IMG/VR virus record: IMGVR_UViG_3300045974_000110
Location: 1-63,150 of that record
Source of the DNA: a virus
Lineage: Duplodnaviria > Caudoviricetes
Length of the DNA: 63,150 nucleotides
Strand: one strand, 5' to 3'
The position numbers and the translations under genes were made by a program. This document shows, in pieces, positions 1-9,489 of the stretch (positions within the stretch are counted from its first letter, which is position 1; each line of letters starts with the position of its first letter). The notes under the pieces were generated by a model. It ran no database searches, was not told where the DNA came from, and worked only from the letters and a program-made list of their open reading frames with translations.

Positions 1-2
1 TG

Positions 3-278
3 ACCGGCACCTCGCTGGTCATGACCACCTCCACCGCCGGTGTCGCCGGTGTCTCGGACGGTCGCCAGACCGCCGCGAACATCGTCGGCCTGCTCGACAC
101 CTTCCTCCCGTGGACGCTCCTCGAGCGTGACGTCGAGGCAGCGTGTGCGTACACGGCAGTCTGTGTCCAGGCCTGGTGCCTGGAGCTCGACGCCACCGGC
201 CTCGCCTACCAGGCGCTGTCGAACACCACCGCCGATCTGTTGAGGTCTACCAAGACCCTCGACATCCTCTTCAAGTAA
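3..278 (+). CDS. Probable head decoration protein (5' truncated)
   Basis: Frame is open from the window start and lies directly upstream of the major capsid gene; called from position only. Confidence 0.5.
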   Translation, partial: TGTSLVMTTSTAGVAGVSDGRQTAANIVGLLDTFLPWTLLERDVEAACAYTAVCVQAWCLELDATGLAYQALSNTTADLLRSTKTLDILFK

Positions 279-292
279 GGAGCCGAGGAACC

Positions 293-1468
293 ATGACGTT
301 CTCCAAGTTCGCGTCGGGCGGTCTGTCGCAGGACCGACTCGTCCGCAAGGAGGTCTCCCTCGGCACCATTCGGGAGAAGCTCCTCTGGCCGCAGACTCAC
401 ATCGGTCTGTCGATCGCGCCGTTCCTCGACGTGGCGACCGACGACGTGATCTTCGACTACATCAAGGGCGGTCTGTCCGACGGTCTGGCCCCGGCTCGCG
501 CCGAGGACGCCGAGGCCGAGCTGAGCCAGAAGGACGAGGCGCTCTACGGCCAGGGCCGTGCCGCCGTCATCGACTGGTCCATCAAGGACAAGTACACGGC
601 GTCTGACGTCACCCGCTACCGCGAGGCTCTCTACATCGCTTCGGCGACCGAGGGCATCGCGGCTGATGGGATGCCGCTCAACTTTGTGGGCCACACGGTC
701 GACGACTTCCAGACCCGCATGTCGCGCCACGACGCCCTCCGGCGTCGCAAGCTCGACAACCGGATCGAGTGGCTCATCATGACGGCCCTCGAGACCGGCA
801 AGATCACCTACAACGACGGCAAGATCAAGTTCACCGTCGACTACGGTCGCCCGGCGGCTCAGCAGGACCAGGCGCCGGCTTCCGGCACCTACGCCTCGAC
901 GACTCACGACCCCATCGGCGACATCATCGCCATGAACGCCGCTCACTACCTCCAGTACGGCTTCTACCTGCGTCGGGCGCTGTGCTCGCGTGCGTTCCTC
1001 CAGAGCCTCTGGAAGTCGAGCAAGTTCACGGCGATGACCGGCCTCGTGGTCGGTGGCTCGCCCGTCTCCAGCCCGATCGACCCGCTCTACCTGATCAACG
1101 GCTGGAACCCCCAGGCTGCCATCGCGGCAGTCGAGGCTGCGACCCAGGTGAAGTTCATCGAGTACGACTCGGTGTACCGCACCCGTCCGCAGGGCTCGAC
1201 GACCTGGACGAACAACCGCTTCCTCGGAGCGGGCAAGGTCATCTTCATGCCGGACGAGGGCGACCTCGGCGAGATCGACGACACGGCGATCGGCTTCGCC
1301 AAGACCCTCACCTCGCCGCACCCCGAGGGCAACTGGCAGTCGGGCTACTACGAGTGGGAGGACGAGAAGCGCGACCCGTGGCTCCACGTCCGCGGCTCGG
1401 GCATCAAGGCCTTCCCGGTGTTCCCCTACATGGAGTACACCCGCACCTGGAGCGTCACGCTCCCGTAG
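293..1468 (+). CDS. Major capsid protein (lambda gpE-like / HK97 fold)
   Basis: 391 aa from ATG 293 after a purine-rich RBS (AAGGAG...GAGG); LETGKITY..VDYG, DPIGDI and terminal IKAFPVFP resemble capsid-E family; strong GC3 bias; followed by a hairpin. Confidence 0.85.
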   Translation: MTFSKFASGGLSQDRLVRKEVSLGTIREKLLWPQTHIGLSIAPFLDVATDDVIFDYIKGGLSDGLAPARAEDAEAELSQKDEALYGQGRAAVIDWSIKDKYTASDVTRYREALYIASATEGIAADGMPLNFVGHTVDDFQTRMSRHDALRRRKLDNRIEWLIMTALETGKITYNDGKIKFTVDYGRPAAQQDQAPASGTYASTTHDPIGDIIAMNAAHYLQYGFYLRRALCSRAFLQSLWKSSKFTAMTGLVVGGSPVSSPIDPLYLINGWNPQAAIAAVEAATQVKFIEYDSVYRTRPQGSTTWTNNRFLGAGKVIFMPDEGDLGEIDDTAIGFAKTLTSPHPEGNWQSGYYEWEDEKRDPWLHVRGSGIKAFPVFPYMEYTRTWSVTLP

Positions 1469-1481
1469 TAAGACCTCACCA

Positions 1482-1526
1482 GGCGACGCGGGGGTTGGGG
1501 CGATCCCCCAGCCCCCGCGTTTCGCC
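1482..1526 (+). terminator. GC-rich stem-loop after capsid gene
   Basis: ACGCGGGGGTTGGGG...CCCCAGCCCCCGCGT inverted repeat. Confidence 0.7.
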
Positions 1527-1546
1527 ATCACACTTCAAGGAGACTC

Positions 1547-1891
1547 ATGTCAGAGCAGCCTGTCGAGGTTCCCGCCGTTCCGGCTCCGGACCCGACTCCC
1601 GCCCCCGAGGTCACCCCCGCTCCCGACGCCGCTCCCGATGTCGTCGAGGAGTCTCCCGTCGAGGAGGCTCCAGTCGAGGAGGTCTCGTACCCGGTCATCG
1701 TGACTGAGGACGACGCCCCCAGCGCCGCCGCCACGTCTGCTGACGAGGCGGGCTTCGTTCCGCAGACCATCGGCGAGCTCGACGGCAACCTGAACGTCTC
1801 GGACCCGTCCGTCTCGTCTAAGTACGAGGTCGACGGCGTTCTGTACGAGGGAGTCGACGCTCAGTACGCTCGCGAGCGCGACGCCTCGTAG
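1547..1891 (+). CDS. Acidic Pro/Glu-rich hypothetical protein
   Basis: AAGGAG RBS, biased codon use, low-complexity N-terminus. Confidence 0.75.
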   Translation: MSEQPVEVPAVPAPDPTPAPEVTPAPDAAPDVVEESPVEEAPVEEVSYPVIVTEDDAPSAAATSADEAGFVPQTIGELDGNLNVSDPSVSSKYEVDGVLYEGVDAQYARERDAS

Positions 1892-1923
1892 TACCCCGCT
1901 AGACCGAGAAGAAGGGCAGTCGG

Positions 1924-2448
1924 ATGACGTACTCAGCAGTAGCGGACCTGTTGCTTGGTAACGTGCCTCTGCCGACGACGCTGGACCCTGCCAAGTTCGT
2001 GCAGGATGCCGCAGATGAGATCGACAGTCGAATCGGGTTTGTCTATGTGACACCCATTCCCGTCGCATCCATGTCGGCCCCGTCCGAGCGTCCGACTGCC
2101 CTTCTTCTCAAGCGGATCAGCAACTGGCTCGCATCGGGCCGACTGATCCTCGCACTCGACGCAGGCGGTGAGGACTATGCAGTCCACGCCTACGGCCTCA
2201 AGCTCGTCAAGGATGCCTCGGAAGCCATCGACGCGATCTGTTCGCTTCAGGTGATCCTCGAAGGCGCCATGCGACTTGATGGCACGGAGCCACTGACCGG
2301 TCACAAGGCCCGTCCCCTCATTCACAACCTCGACCCGCAGTCTCAGGTCGAGGCGTTCTACGCCTACACCGCAGACCCGCTGGCTTACCGTCCTTACGGT
2401 GAGAACGGTGGACCGTACCGCACAGAGAATGGGAGCGGGATGTGGTAG
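1924..2448 (+). CDS. Head-to-tail adaptor (Mu gp36/DUF1320-like)
   Basis: MTYS..ADL and DAADEIDSRIG..Y..PI pattern; position after capsid. Confidence 0.7.
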   Translation: MTYSAVADLLLGNVPLPTTLDPAKFVQDAADEIDSRIGFVYVTPIPVASMSAPSERPTALLLKRISNWLASGRLILALDAGGEDYAVHAYGLKLVKDASEAIDAICSLQVILEGAMRLDGTEPLTGHKARPLIHNLDPQSQVEAFYAYTADPLAYRPYGENGGPYRTENGSGMW

Positions 2449-2867
2449 ACTTCTTCCCGGCAGTCAACAGTGACGGATCTGTCTACACGGTCCTCCCGAG
2501 TGCTGACCCGTCTCGTACCTTCGAGTACTCGTGGGCTGGCATCCTCACGCCTGCGACTGACGTCTACAAGTGGTATAACAGAACCGGATCGGCGCTCCTG
2601 CTAACGCGCTGCTGGCTCTCTGTAGGCACGGCCCCCACCGGATCGAAGATCATCGCAGACATCAACCGCAACGGGACGACGATCTTCACTGACCAGACCA
2701 AGCGTCCAGTCATCGAGATCGGCAACTTCGTCTCGAGCGTCTTGGCGCAGCCTGACGACAACACCTTCTACGACGGTGACTACATCACCTTCGACCTGGA
2801 TCAAGTCGGCTCCGGCGTTGCTGGGTCCAACCTCATTATCACCGCCATCCTTGACTACAAGGGCTGA
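2442..2867 (+). CDS. Virion structural protein (beta-rich)
   Basis: TAPTGS..IADINRNG and GDYITFDLDQVGS..GSNL motifs seen in phage structural proteins; within the structural operon. Confidence 0.55.
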   Translation: MVDFFPAVNSDGSVYTVLPSADPSRTFEYSWAGILTPATDVYKWYNRTGSALLLTRCWLSVGTAPTGSKIIADINRNGTTIFTDQTKRPVIEIGNFVSSVLAQPDDNTFYDGDYITFDLDQVGSGVAGSNLIITAILDYKG

Positions 2868-2868
2868 G

Positions 2869-3180
2869 ATGACTACCCTTCTGATGCGTAGGATCGTGTG
2901 GGTGTGCCCGAATGGATGCCCCACGGTTGACGTGACTCAACGAGCAGACGTTCACCAGAAAGTTCACCAGTGTTCGGCGATGTCAGGCCTGATGGTTCCA
3001 CTCATCGAGATGGGACAGAACGTGAAGGTCACAGTCGTCGAGCGGGAGGACTTCCTGGGCGACGAGATCGTGACGACAGATGACCGGGGTCGCCCGATCA
3101 TGGCAGTCGTGACGACACGAGACGACGGCGAGGACCGACTGGTGTTCGCTCCGCTTGCGACAGGAGATGCAGATGAGTGA
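2869..3180 (+). CDS. Hypothetical protein (CxxxC/HxC, possible metal binding)
   Basis: Tightly packed ORF in the operon. Confidence 0.6.
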   Translation: MTTLLMRRIVWVCPNGCPTVDVTQRADVHQKVHQCSAMSGLMVPLIEMGQNVKVTVVEREDFLGDEIVTTDDRGRPIMAVVTTRDDGEDRLVFAPLATGDADE

Positions 3181-3451
3181 GCAGCCCACCGCTGCGGGTG
3201 AGGCGCTCGACGCCTCGGTCGTGGTGGAGCAGCCCGTTCCGGAGCAGGACGCGGCCTTCCGCGCCGCTGCTGCGGTGTACCACGACCGCGAGGTCGATGC
3301 CCTTCTCGAGGCGCGCTCGCGTCTCGCTGTGAAGGCAGAGCGGCTCAAGACCGAGGCCGCAGAGATCGACGAGGCCGTCAAGGCTCTTGACGCCGACATC
3401 CAGAGCAACCGCGACGCGGCTGCTTCCTTCCGTACCGAGGCTGGTGCCTGA
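3173..3451 (+). CDS. Coiled-coil hypothetical protein
   Basis: AGGAG RBS; stop overlaps next start (TGATG). Confidence 0.7.
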   Translation: MSEQPTAAGEALDASVVVEQPVPEQDAAFRAAAAVYHDREVDALLEARSRLAVKAERLKTEAAEIDEAVKALDADIQSNRDAAASFRTEAGA

Positions 3452-3927
3452 TGGCCTGGACCAACAGCAAGATCTTCCGCCCGTACCTGGCGGACTCGCT
3501 GGCCCGAACCGCTGCCTTCGACCTGGACGCCGACACGTTCAAGGCTGCCCTGTACAACAACACGGGCACGCCTGACCAGAACGCGACGAGTGCCCTGTCG
3601 GGCTACAACGCTGCCACGTCGCAGTGGGTCGTCGCCAACGAGGTCTCACAGGTCGGCCAGTGGGCAGCCGGTGGAGTCACCCTCACCGGCGTAGTCTGCA
3701 ACTCGGCCACGGCAGCCACGGTGTTCTTCGATGCGAACGACACGGCTTCTGGTGCAGCGGCAACGCTCGCCAACGTCTACGGCGTTCTTGTCTACGACTC
3801 CACGCTCGCCACCCCGGTCGCCAGCCAGGGCGTGAGCTTCAACTACCTCGGTGGCGCGAACAGCGTCACGGCGGGTACGCTCACCGTCGTCTGGAACGCC
3901 AACGGGATCTTCCGCTTCACGCTGTAA
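3451..3927 (+). CDS. Virion structural protein (putative appendage/collar component)
   Basis: FDLDADTFKAALY..GGVTL..GTLTVVWNANGIF pattern typical of phage structural proteins found upstream of long fibre genes. Confidence 0.65.
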   Translation: MAWTNSKIFRPYLADSLARTAAFDLDADTFKAALYNNTGTPDQNATSALSGYNAATSQWVVANEVSQVGQWAAGGVTLTGVVCNSATAATVFFDANDTASGAAATLANVYGVLVYDSTLATPVASQGVSFNYLGGANSVTAGTLTVVWNANGIFRFTL

Positions 3928-3939
3928 GAAAGGGTCGCC

Positions 3940-4725
3940 ATGATCGTCCAGATCAGCGGCCTTCCGGGCGCTGGCAAGAGCACTCTTGCCAGCGCCCTGG
4001 CCGCACGCATCAACGCAGTCATCTGGAACGCTGACCGCGTAAGGGACAACCTCTGGCCCGACCTTGGTTTCTCGGTCGAGGCACGGAGCGAGCAGGCTCG
4101 TCGCATGGGGTTCCTTGCGCGCGAGATGGAAGAGCAGGGTCAGACCGTCATTGTCGACTTCGTGTGTCCCACGGGTCGGACTCGTGAGGCGTTCGGTAAG
4201 CCTGACGTGTTCATCTGGGTGGACCGCATCGACGCTGGTCGGTTCCAGGACACGAACCTGCTCTGGGAAGATCCGGAGACCTTCGATGTCAGGATTCCCT
4301 TCGGGCTCACCGTCGACGAAGAGCTCGACCTCATCTTCGCCGAGACTGATCTGGTGGACTGGCGTGCTCCTCATGCTCTCATGCTGGGTCGCTTTCAGCC
4401 TTGGCATGAAGGCCACGAGGCGCTCTATCAAGAGGCGGCTACCCGCACTGGACAGGTTGCTGTCGCTGTACGGGCAACTTCTGGACTGTCCCGAGACCCG
4501 CTGGTTTATGACGATGTGAGGTCGCGGATTCCGCACCACACTGTCATGCAGCTTCCGAACATCACGCACGTCATCTACGGGCGAGATGTCGGCTACGTCA
4601 TCGAGCAAGTTCACCTCGCGCCTGAGATCGAAGAGATCTCCGCAACTGTGAAGCGTAAGGAGCTCGGACTCGTCGGGGCTTCTGCGTGTCACAGTTGCGA
4701 TGGCGGTTGCCACGGAGCTGAGTGA
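3940..4725 (+). CDS. cysC: Adenylylsulfate-kinase-like P-loop kinase fused to an HxGH nucleotidyltransferase domain
   Basis: N-term GLPGAGKST, NADRVR, DLGFS..R..QARR, DFVCP (CysC-like); C-term LGRFQPWHEGH (HIGH superfamily). Confidence 0.8.
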   Translation: MIVQISGLPGAGKSTLASALAARINAVIWNADRVRDNLWPDLGFSVEARSEQARRMGFLAREMEEQGQTVIVDFVCPTGRTREAFGKPDVFIWVDRIDAGRFQDTNLLWEDPETFDVRIPFGLTVDEELDLIFAETDLVDWRAPHALMLGRFQPWHEGHEALYQEAATRTGQVAVAVRATSGLSRDPLVYDDVRSRIPHHTVMQLPNITHVIYGRDVGYVIEQVHLAPEIEEISATVKRKELGLVGASACHSCDGGCHGAE

Positions 4726-5600
4726 TGGCACCCTCGCAGATCCTTCGAGACCTTCTCGGCACCCGCGCGCTGCACGTCAGCTCGCACAGTGACAACAGGG
4801 TTCTCACGCTCAAGGACTACGTCTGGTCGATCAAGGGACTCACAACTCCTCGCGGCATGGCATTCGGACCTGACACGCTGGCCGTGGTGGCGAAGGACGG
4901 CATCCACTGGTTCAGTAACATCAACGGTACTGAATCAGCGATCTTTCCCGTCATCGACCCTGCGAGTCACGAGATGACTATCCAGGCTGATGGATCTGTC
5001 ATCGTCTGTTCACCGGCGAGTTCTTCACTCGTGAGGTACAACATCCAGACTGGTTCTTCGACACTCTGGACCGTTCCTGGCGTTGACGTGGGAACGACCG
5101 ATGCTCGCTCCTGGGTCAATGGAGTCTGTCTCGAGAATGACATGCCTGCGTATGTCACAACCCTCGGGATTGGTAATGCTCCAGACATGTGGCGCATTGA
5201 GGCTGCAGCATCTCGTGGTGCGCTGATCGACGCGCGGACCAACGAGATCGTTCTCCAGAACTTGTTCTTCCCGCACACTCCAACCCTCGTCGGTACGACT
5301 GTGTACTTCCTCAACAGTGGTCATGGACAGGTCTGCAAGTGGACCCCAGGCGACATGGACTACACAGTTATCGCTGATCTCGGTGGGTGGACGCGCGGAC
5401 TCCACCAACTTGACTCCACACACTTCGCAGTCGGCGTATCACAGGGTCGAGTTACGGCTTTCCCGAACCTCACGACTGATCCACTGGCTCAGCCTGGTAT
5501 CGCCATCGTGGACATCACGACAGGTGCTCGTGTAGGATTCGAGCCACTGGACGTTCAGGAGATCTTCGACATCGAGATCGGATCGGCAGTTCTGTTGTGA
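4722..5600 (+). CDS. TIGR03032/DUF4915-like protein
   Basis: PRGMA, NGVC..P.YVT, WR..RGALID, PHTP, LNSG.G, GWTRGL, GVSQGR and terminal EIFD match the TIGR03032 motif order as I recall it. Confidence 0.7.
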   Translation: MMAPSQILRDLLGTRALHVSSHSDNRVLTLKDYVWSIKGLTTPRGMAFGPDTLAVVAKDGIHWFSNINGTESAIFPVIDPASHEMTIQADGSVIVCSPASSSLVRYNIQTGSSTLWTVPGVDVGTTDARSWVNGVCLENDMPAYVTTLGIGNAPDMWRIEAAASRGALIDARTNEIVLQNLFFPHTPTLVGTTVYFLNSGHGQVCKWTPGDMDYTVIADLGGWTRGLHQLDSTHFAVGVSQGRVTAFPNLTTDPLAQPGIAIVDITTGARVGFEPLDVQEIFDIEIGSAVLL

Positions 5601-5872
5601 CACCTGAGGAGCAGCACGCGAGCGAGATCGCAGCGGCCCTCTCTGCGCTAGGTGAGCACACCTTTCGCAAGGGGTCTGTTCTCGTTCGCGTGTCTGGCTT
5701 CTACTCGGATGGTCCGCAGTGGACAGTCGAGAACGCATACGCTCTTTATGAGGGCGTTCCAGTCGCGCTCAATACTCCCCTTCACTTCGTCAACGCACTC
5801 CACAACGGACAGCCCGTAGAAGCAGCGTATGACATGATCGCTGGAGTCGTTCGCAGAACTGTTGGTGTGTAG
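5597..5872 (+). CDS. Hypothetical protein
   Basis: Overlaps both neighbours. Confidence 0.6.
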   Translation: MTPEEQHASEIAAALSALGEHTFRKGSVLVRVSGFYSDGPQWTVENAYALYEGVPVALNTPLHFVNALHNGQPVEAAYDMIAGVVRRTVGV

Positions 5873-8082
5873 TGGCTACTTACACCATTTACCAGTCAAC
5901 TCCAACTGGCAACAACATCCGTGTGAACCAGACTTACAACGGTGTGTATACAGACACATATCTTCAGTCCCTTACTCAGAATCAGGCCCTGCACGCAATC
6001 GGTGGAGATAAGTCTGGTAATACCTGGGATATCGACAGAAGTTCTGCTGCCATCTTTTCCATTCCCACGTTGGCAGCTGGTGAGCGTCTTGTTGATGCTG
6101 GATTCTTCATCAGAGATCCTTACAATGGCATCATCTCTCAACTGGCAATCCACGCAGCGAATGTTGGCACGAGTATTCAGAACTATGACTCCACTTGGAG
6201 TCTTGGTACTACTCTTGTAGCCAATCAGATCTTCAACTACCTGGCCGATACTCCAATTGGCCCTTCCGTAAATGCCAACTGGTCTGCTCTACAGAGTTGG
6301 TATGAGTCCGGATCTGGAACAGACAAAGCTGTAATCTTTCACGACGACAATGTTGGTACTGGAACAAACCAGCTCGGTGGACCCTCGTGGTCTACTTCGT
6401 TTAAACCGCACCTTACAGCTACTACGATTATCGGTGCCACCTTTTCGACTTCAGGAACTGCCACTGGAGTTGCGTGGGATGCCTCGATAACTTCAAACGC
6501 AATCACTCCGCCTGCTGGTGCAGCCTCTGCTACTGGAACTGCGTACAACCCCACCGTAACACTGACTGTACCTGTTCCTCTGATTCGATCTTCTGTCAAG
6601 AAGTATGGAGCACCAGGCAGCAGTACCGTTTCGTTCACAGATGCAGACTTTCCTGTCGCTCCACAGACTGGTGACTACATCGTTGCCATAGTGGAGTTTG
6701 TCGACCTTACCTACGGCTACGACTATAAGACAACGATTACGACTGGTAATGGTCTTACAACCAGGACAATGACATCCAGGACTGGTACTGCCTCACTTGC
6801 CGCAAATGGAATGGAGATCTTTGGAGACTGGTGGACATCTGGAGTAACTCGTACTTGGGGTCTTTACGGTGAGATCTGTGTTACTCTGTTCTGTGTCTAC
6901 AACGTCAATACGACAACTCCAATAGCAGGTGCCATCGCTGCTGCAGGTGGACCTCCGTATGTGACAACGACAGTACCCGGAACACTTGACCTCGCTGGTT
7001 ACATTACAGGCGGGTACTACTACAACTACACAGAGTTGTACACCAACTCTTCGGTCTATTACGGAACACCTTACTACCACTTTTGCTCAAAGGAGCAGTA
7101 CAATCCAGGCAGTACCCTTGCTCCGCACTACGCGAACAATATCTGGCAAGGCATTATCGCACTCAACTATGGCGCACCGACTGGTGTTAGTCCGAGTGCT
7201 GTAGATGCAGCTGGTACTGGTACTGCATACGATGCGACTGTCACGACCACTACCTCGGCAGTCAATGCTACTGCAGTCGATGCGGCAGGTGTTGGTACTT
7301 CCTACGATGCGCCGATCCAGATCCTGGTCAATGATACTGGTGCAGCCTCAACTGGTGTGGCGCAGACTCCTACGCCTGCGATGCTCGTCAACGATGCTGG
7401 TGCTACTGCTACTGGTACTGCATACGACGCGGCTGCTACGACTGCAGCACTTACGAACGCGGCGGCAGTCGATGCAGCAGCAACTGGTACGGCTTACGAC
7501 GCAACAGTCACGATCCTGGCCAACACGGCGACGAGCACGGCGACTGGTACGGCGGGAGACGTGGCACCGTCCGTGTCCGTGGCTGACACCGGGGCCACGG
7601 GTGCCGGTACGGCGTACGCACCGGGTCTCTCTGGCTCCCTGTCCGCGCCGGGGCTAGATGCTGCGTCGCTAGGTACAGCGTTTGACGCCACCGTGTCCAC
7701 GATCGTATCTTGGACCGCAGAAGCCGCCACAGCGACGGGTACTGCCAACGACGCGACGATCTCCCTAGTCGTTCAGACGTTCGCAAGTGCTGAGGTAGCA
7801 CTCGCAACGGGTGTCGCCGGTGACCTGAGTCAGACCGTTCTGGCGAACGCGAGTACCGCCGCCGCGAGTGTGACAGCCGACAATGCGTCTGCGCTACTTT
7901 ACATCTACTCGGGGATCGCAAGTATCTCGGGACTTTCTTACGATCCCGGCTACACCGCGAGCGCGAACCTCGCAGCCGAGGTAGCCCTGGGATCTGGTGC
8001 GGCGGGAGATGTCACCGTGGCGTCGACTGACCGATCGAATGCCAAGCGCGGCTTCGGAGTCGTCCGGACGAGGTTCTCATGA
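5872..8082 (+). CDS. Large Thr/Ala-rich repeat protein, putative virion fibre/appendage
   Basis: 736 aa; about 13 A-T-G-T-A-Y-D-A-T-V-like repeats around two aromatic-rich globular domains. Confidence 0.65.
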   Translation: MATYTIYQSTPTGNNIRVNQTYNGVYTDTYLQSLTQNQALHAIGGDKSGNTWDIDRSSAAIFSIPTLAAGERLVDAGFFIRDPYNGIISQLAIHAANVGTSIQNYDSTWSLGTTLVANQIFNYLADTPIGPSVNANWSALQSWYESGSGTDKAVIFHDDNVGTGTNQLGGPSWSTSFKPHLTATTIIGATFSTSGTATGVAWDASITSNAITPPAGAASATGTAYNPTVTLTVPVPLIRSSVKKYGAPGSSTVSFTDADFPVAPQTGDYIVAIVEFVDLTYGYDYKTTITTGNGLTTRTMTSRTGTASLAANGMEIFGDWWTSGVTRTWGLYGEICVTLFCVYNVNTTTPIAGAIAAAGGPPYVTTTVPGTLDLAGYITGGYYYNYTELYTNSSVYYGTPYYHFCSKEQYNPGSTLAPHYANNIWQGIIALNYGAPTGVSPSAVDAAGTGTAYDATVTTTTSAVNATAVDAAGVGTSYDAPIQILVNDTGAASTGVAQTPTPAMLVNDAGATATGTAYDAAATTAALTNAAAVDAAATGTAYDATVTILANTATSTATGTAGDVAPSVSVADTGATGAGTAYAPGLSGSLSAPGLDAASLGTAFDATVSTIVSWTAEAATATGTANDATISLVVQTFASAEVALATGVAGDLSQTVLANASTAAASVTADNASALLYIYSGIASISGLSYDPGYTASANLAAEVALGSGAAGDVTVASTDRSNAKRGFGVVRTRFS

Positions 8083-8600
8083 CATCCGGCTGGATCGACA
8101 TCGAGATCACCGGAGATACAAAGGGTGTCGAAGCGATGCTCGCTTGGCTTGACACAAGTGTATCGGGTCCAGGTCTTGTTGCGTTCCTCAACGGCAAGGT
8201 CGGACCGTGGCTTCACCAGCGCGCTGAAGCCAGGTTTCGTGGAGAAGGCGACGATGTTACGGGTCCGTGGGCGCCACTCAAGCCTGCCACTCAGCGCATC
8301 CGTGCCTCCAAGGGATTCTCCCCGGCTCACCCGATCAACATCCGGACTGGTGAGATGGAGAGGTACATCCTAGGTGGTACGTTCCAGGCTTCCATTCCGT
8401 CATCCGGTGGTGCTACACTAAGCTTCCCTGGTTCCGGCCAGGGTGGATCGAAAGAACTTCAAGAGAAGATGCGGACTGCCCAGCAGGGTAAGACGCAACC
8501 GAATACCGTGGCTCGTCCTGTACTCGGGGTTAATGATAAAGATCTCGAGTTTGTCCTGTTCGAGCTTGCCCTGCACATCCAGAGAGGAGGAACGCCTTGA
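8079..8600 (+). CDS. Virion morphogenesis / tail completion protein (Mu gpG-like)
   Basis: RF..EG....WAPLKPAT and ARPVLG motifs. Confidence 0.75.
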   Translation: MTSGWIDIEITGDTKGVEAMLAWLDTSVSGPGLVAFLNGKVGPWLHQRAEARFRGEGDDVTGPWAPLKPATQRIRASKGFSPAHPINIRTGEMERYILGGTFQASIPSSGGATLSFPGSGQGGSKELQEKMRTAQQGKTQPNTVARPVLGVNDKDLEFVLFELALHIQRGGTP

Positions 8601-9091
8601 TCGACGATACGACTGTTGTGTTTCCGAACAACATCGTCAACCTCGTTCAGACCAGAATCGCTCTGCTCGACGCAGACCTGATGGTGGTTCGGCGTCCCCT
8701 ACGTCCCACCGATGGCATCCAGGCCGTCGGCATCTTCGCAGCTCAGTGGTCTCCTGATGAGAACTCGTATGAGATGAACTCATCGCCGGTCGGTCGGTCG
8801 GAGCCAACGATCTCGCGATACAACGTCTCCATCCAAGCGCTCATCAAGGATGCAGACGAAGAGCGTGGACTGGCTACGCATTCGGTCCTGTCGAAGATGG
8901 TGCGCTCCGTGCTTTACCGGGACGAGCCCCTTCGTGTAGGGTTGACCCTGCTTAGTGCCACGCTGAACAGCTCGACAGAACGCACTAAGCGATGGGGTAT
9001 CGCTACCCAGCGCTACTACAGCAACGAGATCTCCGGGTCTTGGCTGTACCTCAGCACCTTGGACTTCTGGCTAGAAACGGAGACTTCCTGA
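8597..9091 (+). CDS. Putative tail terminator
   Basis: Size and position between tail completion and tail tube genes. Confidence 0.55.
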   Translation: MIDDTTVVFPNNIVNLVQTRIALLDADLMVVRRPLRPTDGIQAVGIFAAQWSPDENSYEMNSSPVGRSEPTISRYNVSIQALIKDADEERGLATHSVLSKMVRSVLYRDEPLRVGLTLLSATLNSSTERTKRWGIATQRYYSNEISGSWLYLSTLDFWLETETS

Positions 9092-9489
9092 TGGGAACGA
9101 CAGACGAAGAGCTGCAGCAGCTCCGTGACGAGGTCGAGGCGCGTAACGCGAAGCTCGCCGGCACTCGCGCGGAGAAGGAAGCGGCTCAGCAGGCTCAGGT
9201 CAACGACTTCGAGGCCGAGGCCCTTCGGGGCGAGCTCGACCGCCTCGACCGTGAGATCGCCTTCGAGGAGCACGTCCAGACGCTCAGCCCCGTGAGCGTC
9301 GGCGAGGTTCCCGCAGACGAGATCGTCGGTGACCCCGAGCAGGTCATGCTGGATGCGCTCGCCGCGCAGAAGGCTGCCGACGAGGCTGCTGCAGCCGATG
9401 CTGCCGCCAAGGCGACCCCCAAGACCCCGCCGCCGCCGCCCCCGGCTTCCGGCACCGACACCACGAGTCCTGACGGGACGGTCCTCTGA
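9091..9489 (+). CDS. Acidic coiled-coil hypothetical protein
   Basis: TGATG coupling on both sides. Confidence 0.7.
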   Translation: MGTTDEELQQLRDEVEARNAKLAGTRAEKEAAQQAQVNDFEAEALRGELDRLDREIAFEEHVQTLSPVSVGEVPADEIVGDPEQVMLDALAAQKAADEAAAADAAAKATPKTPPPPPPASGTDTTSPDGTVL

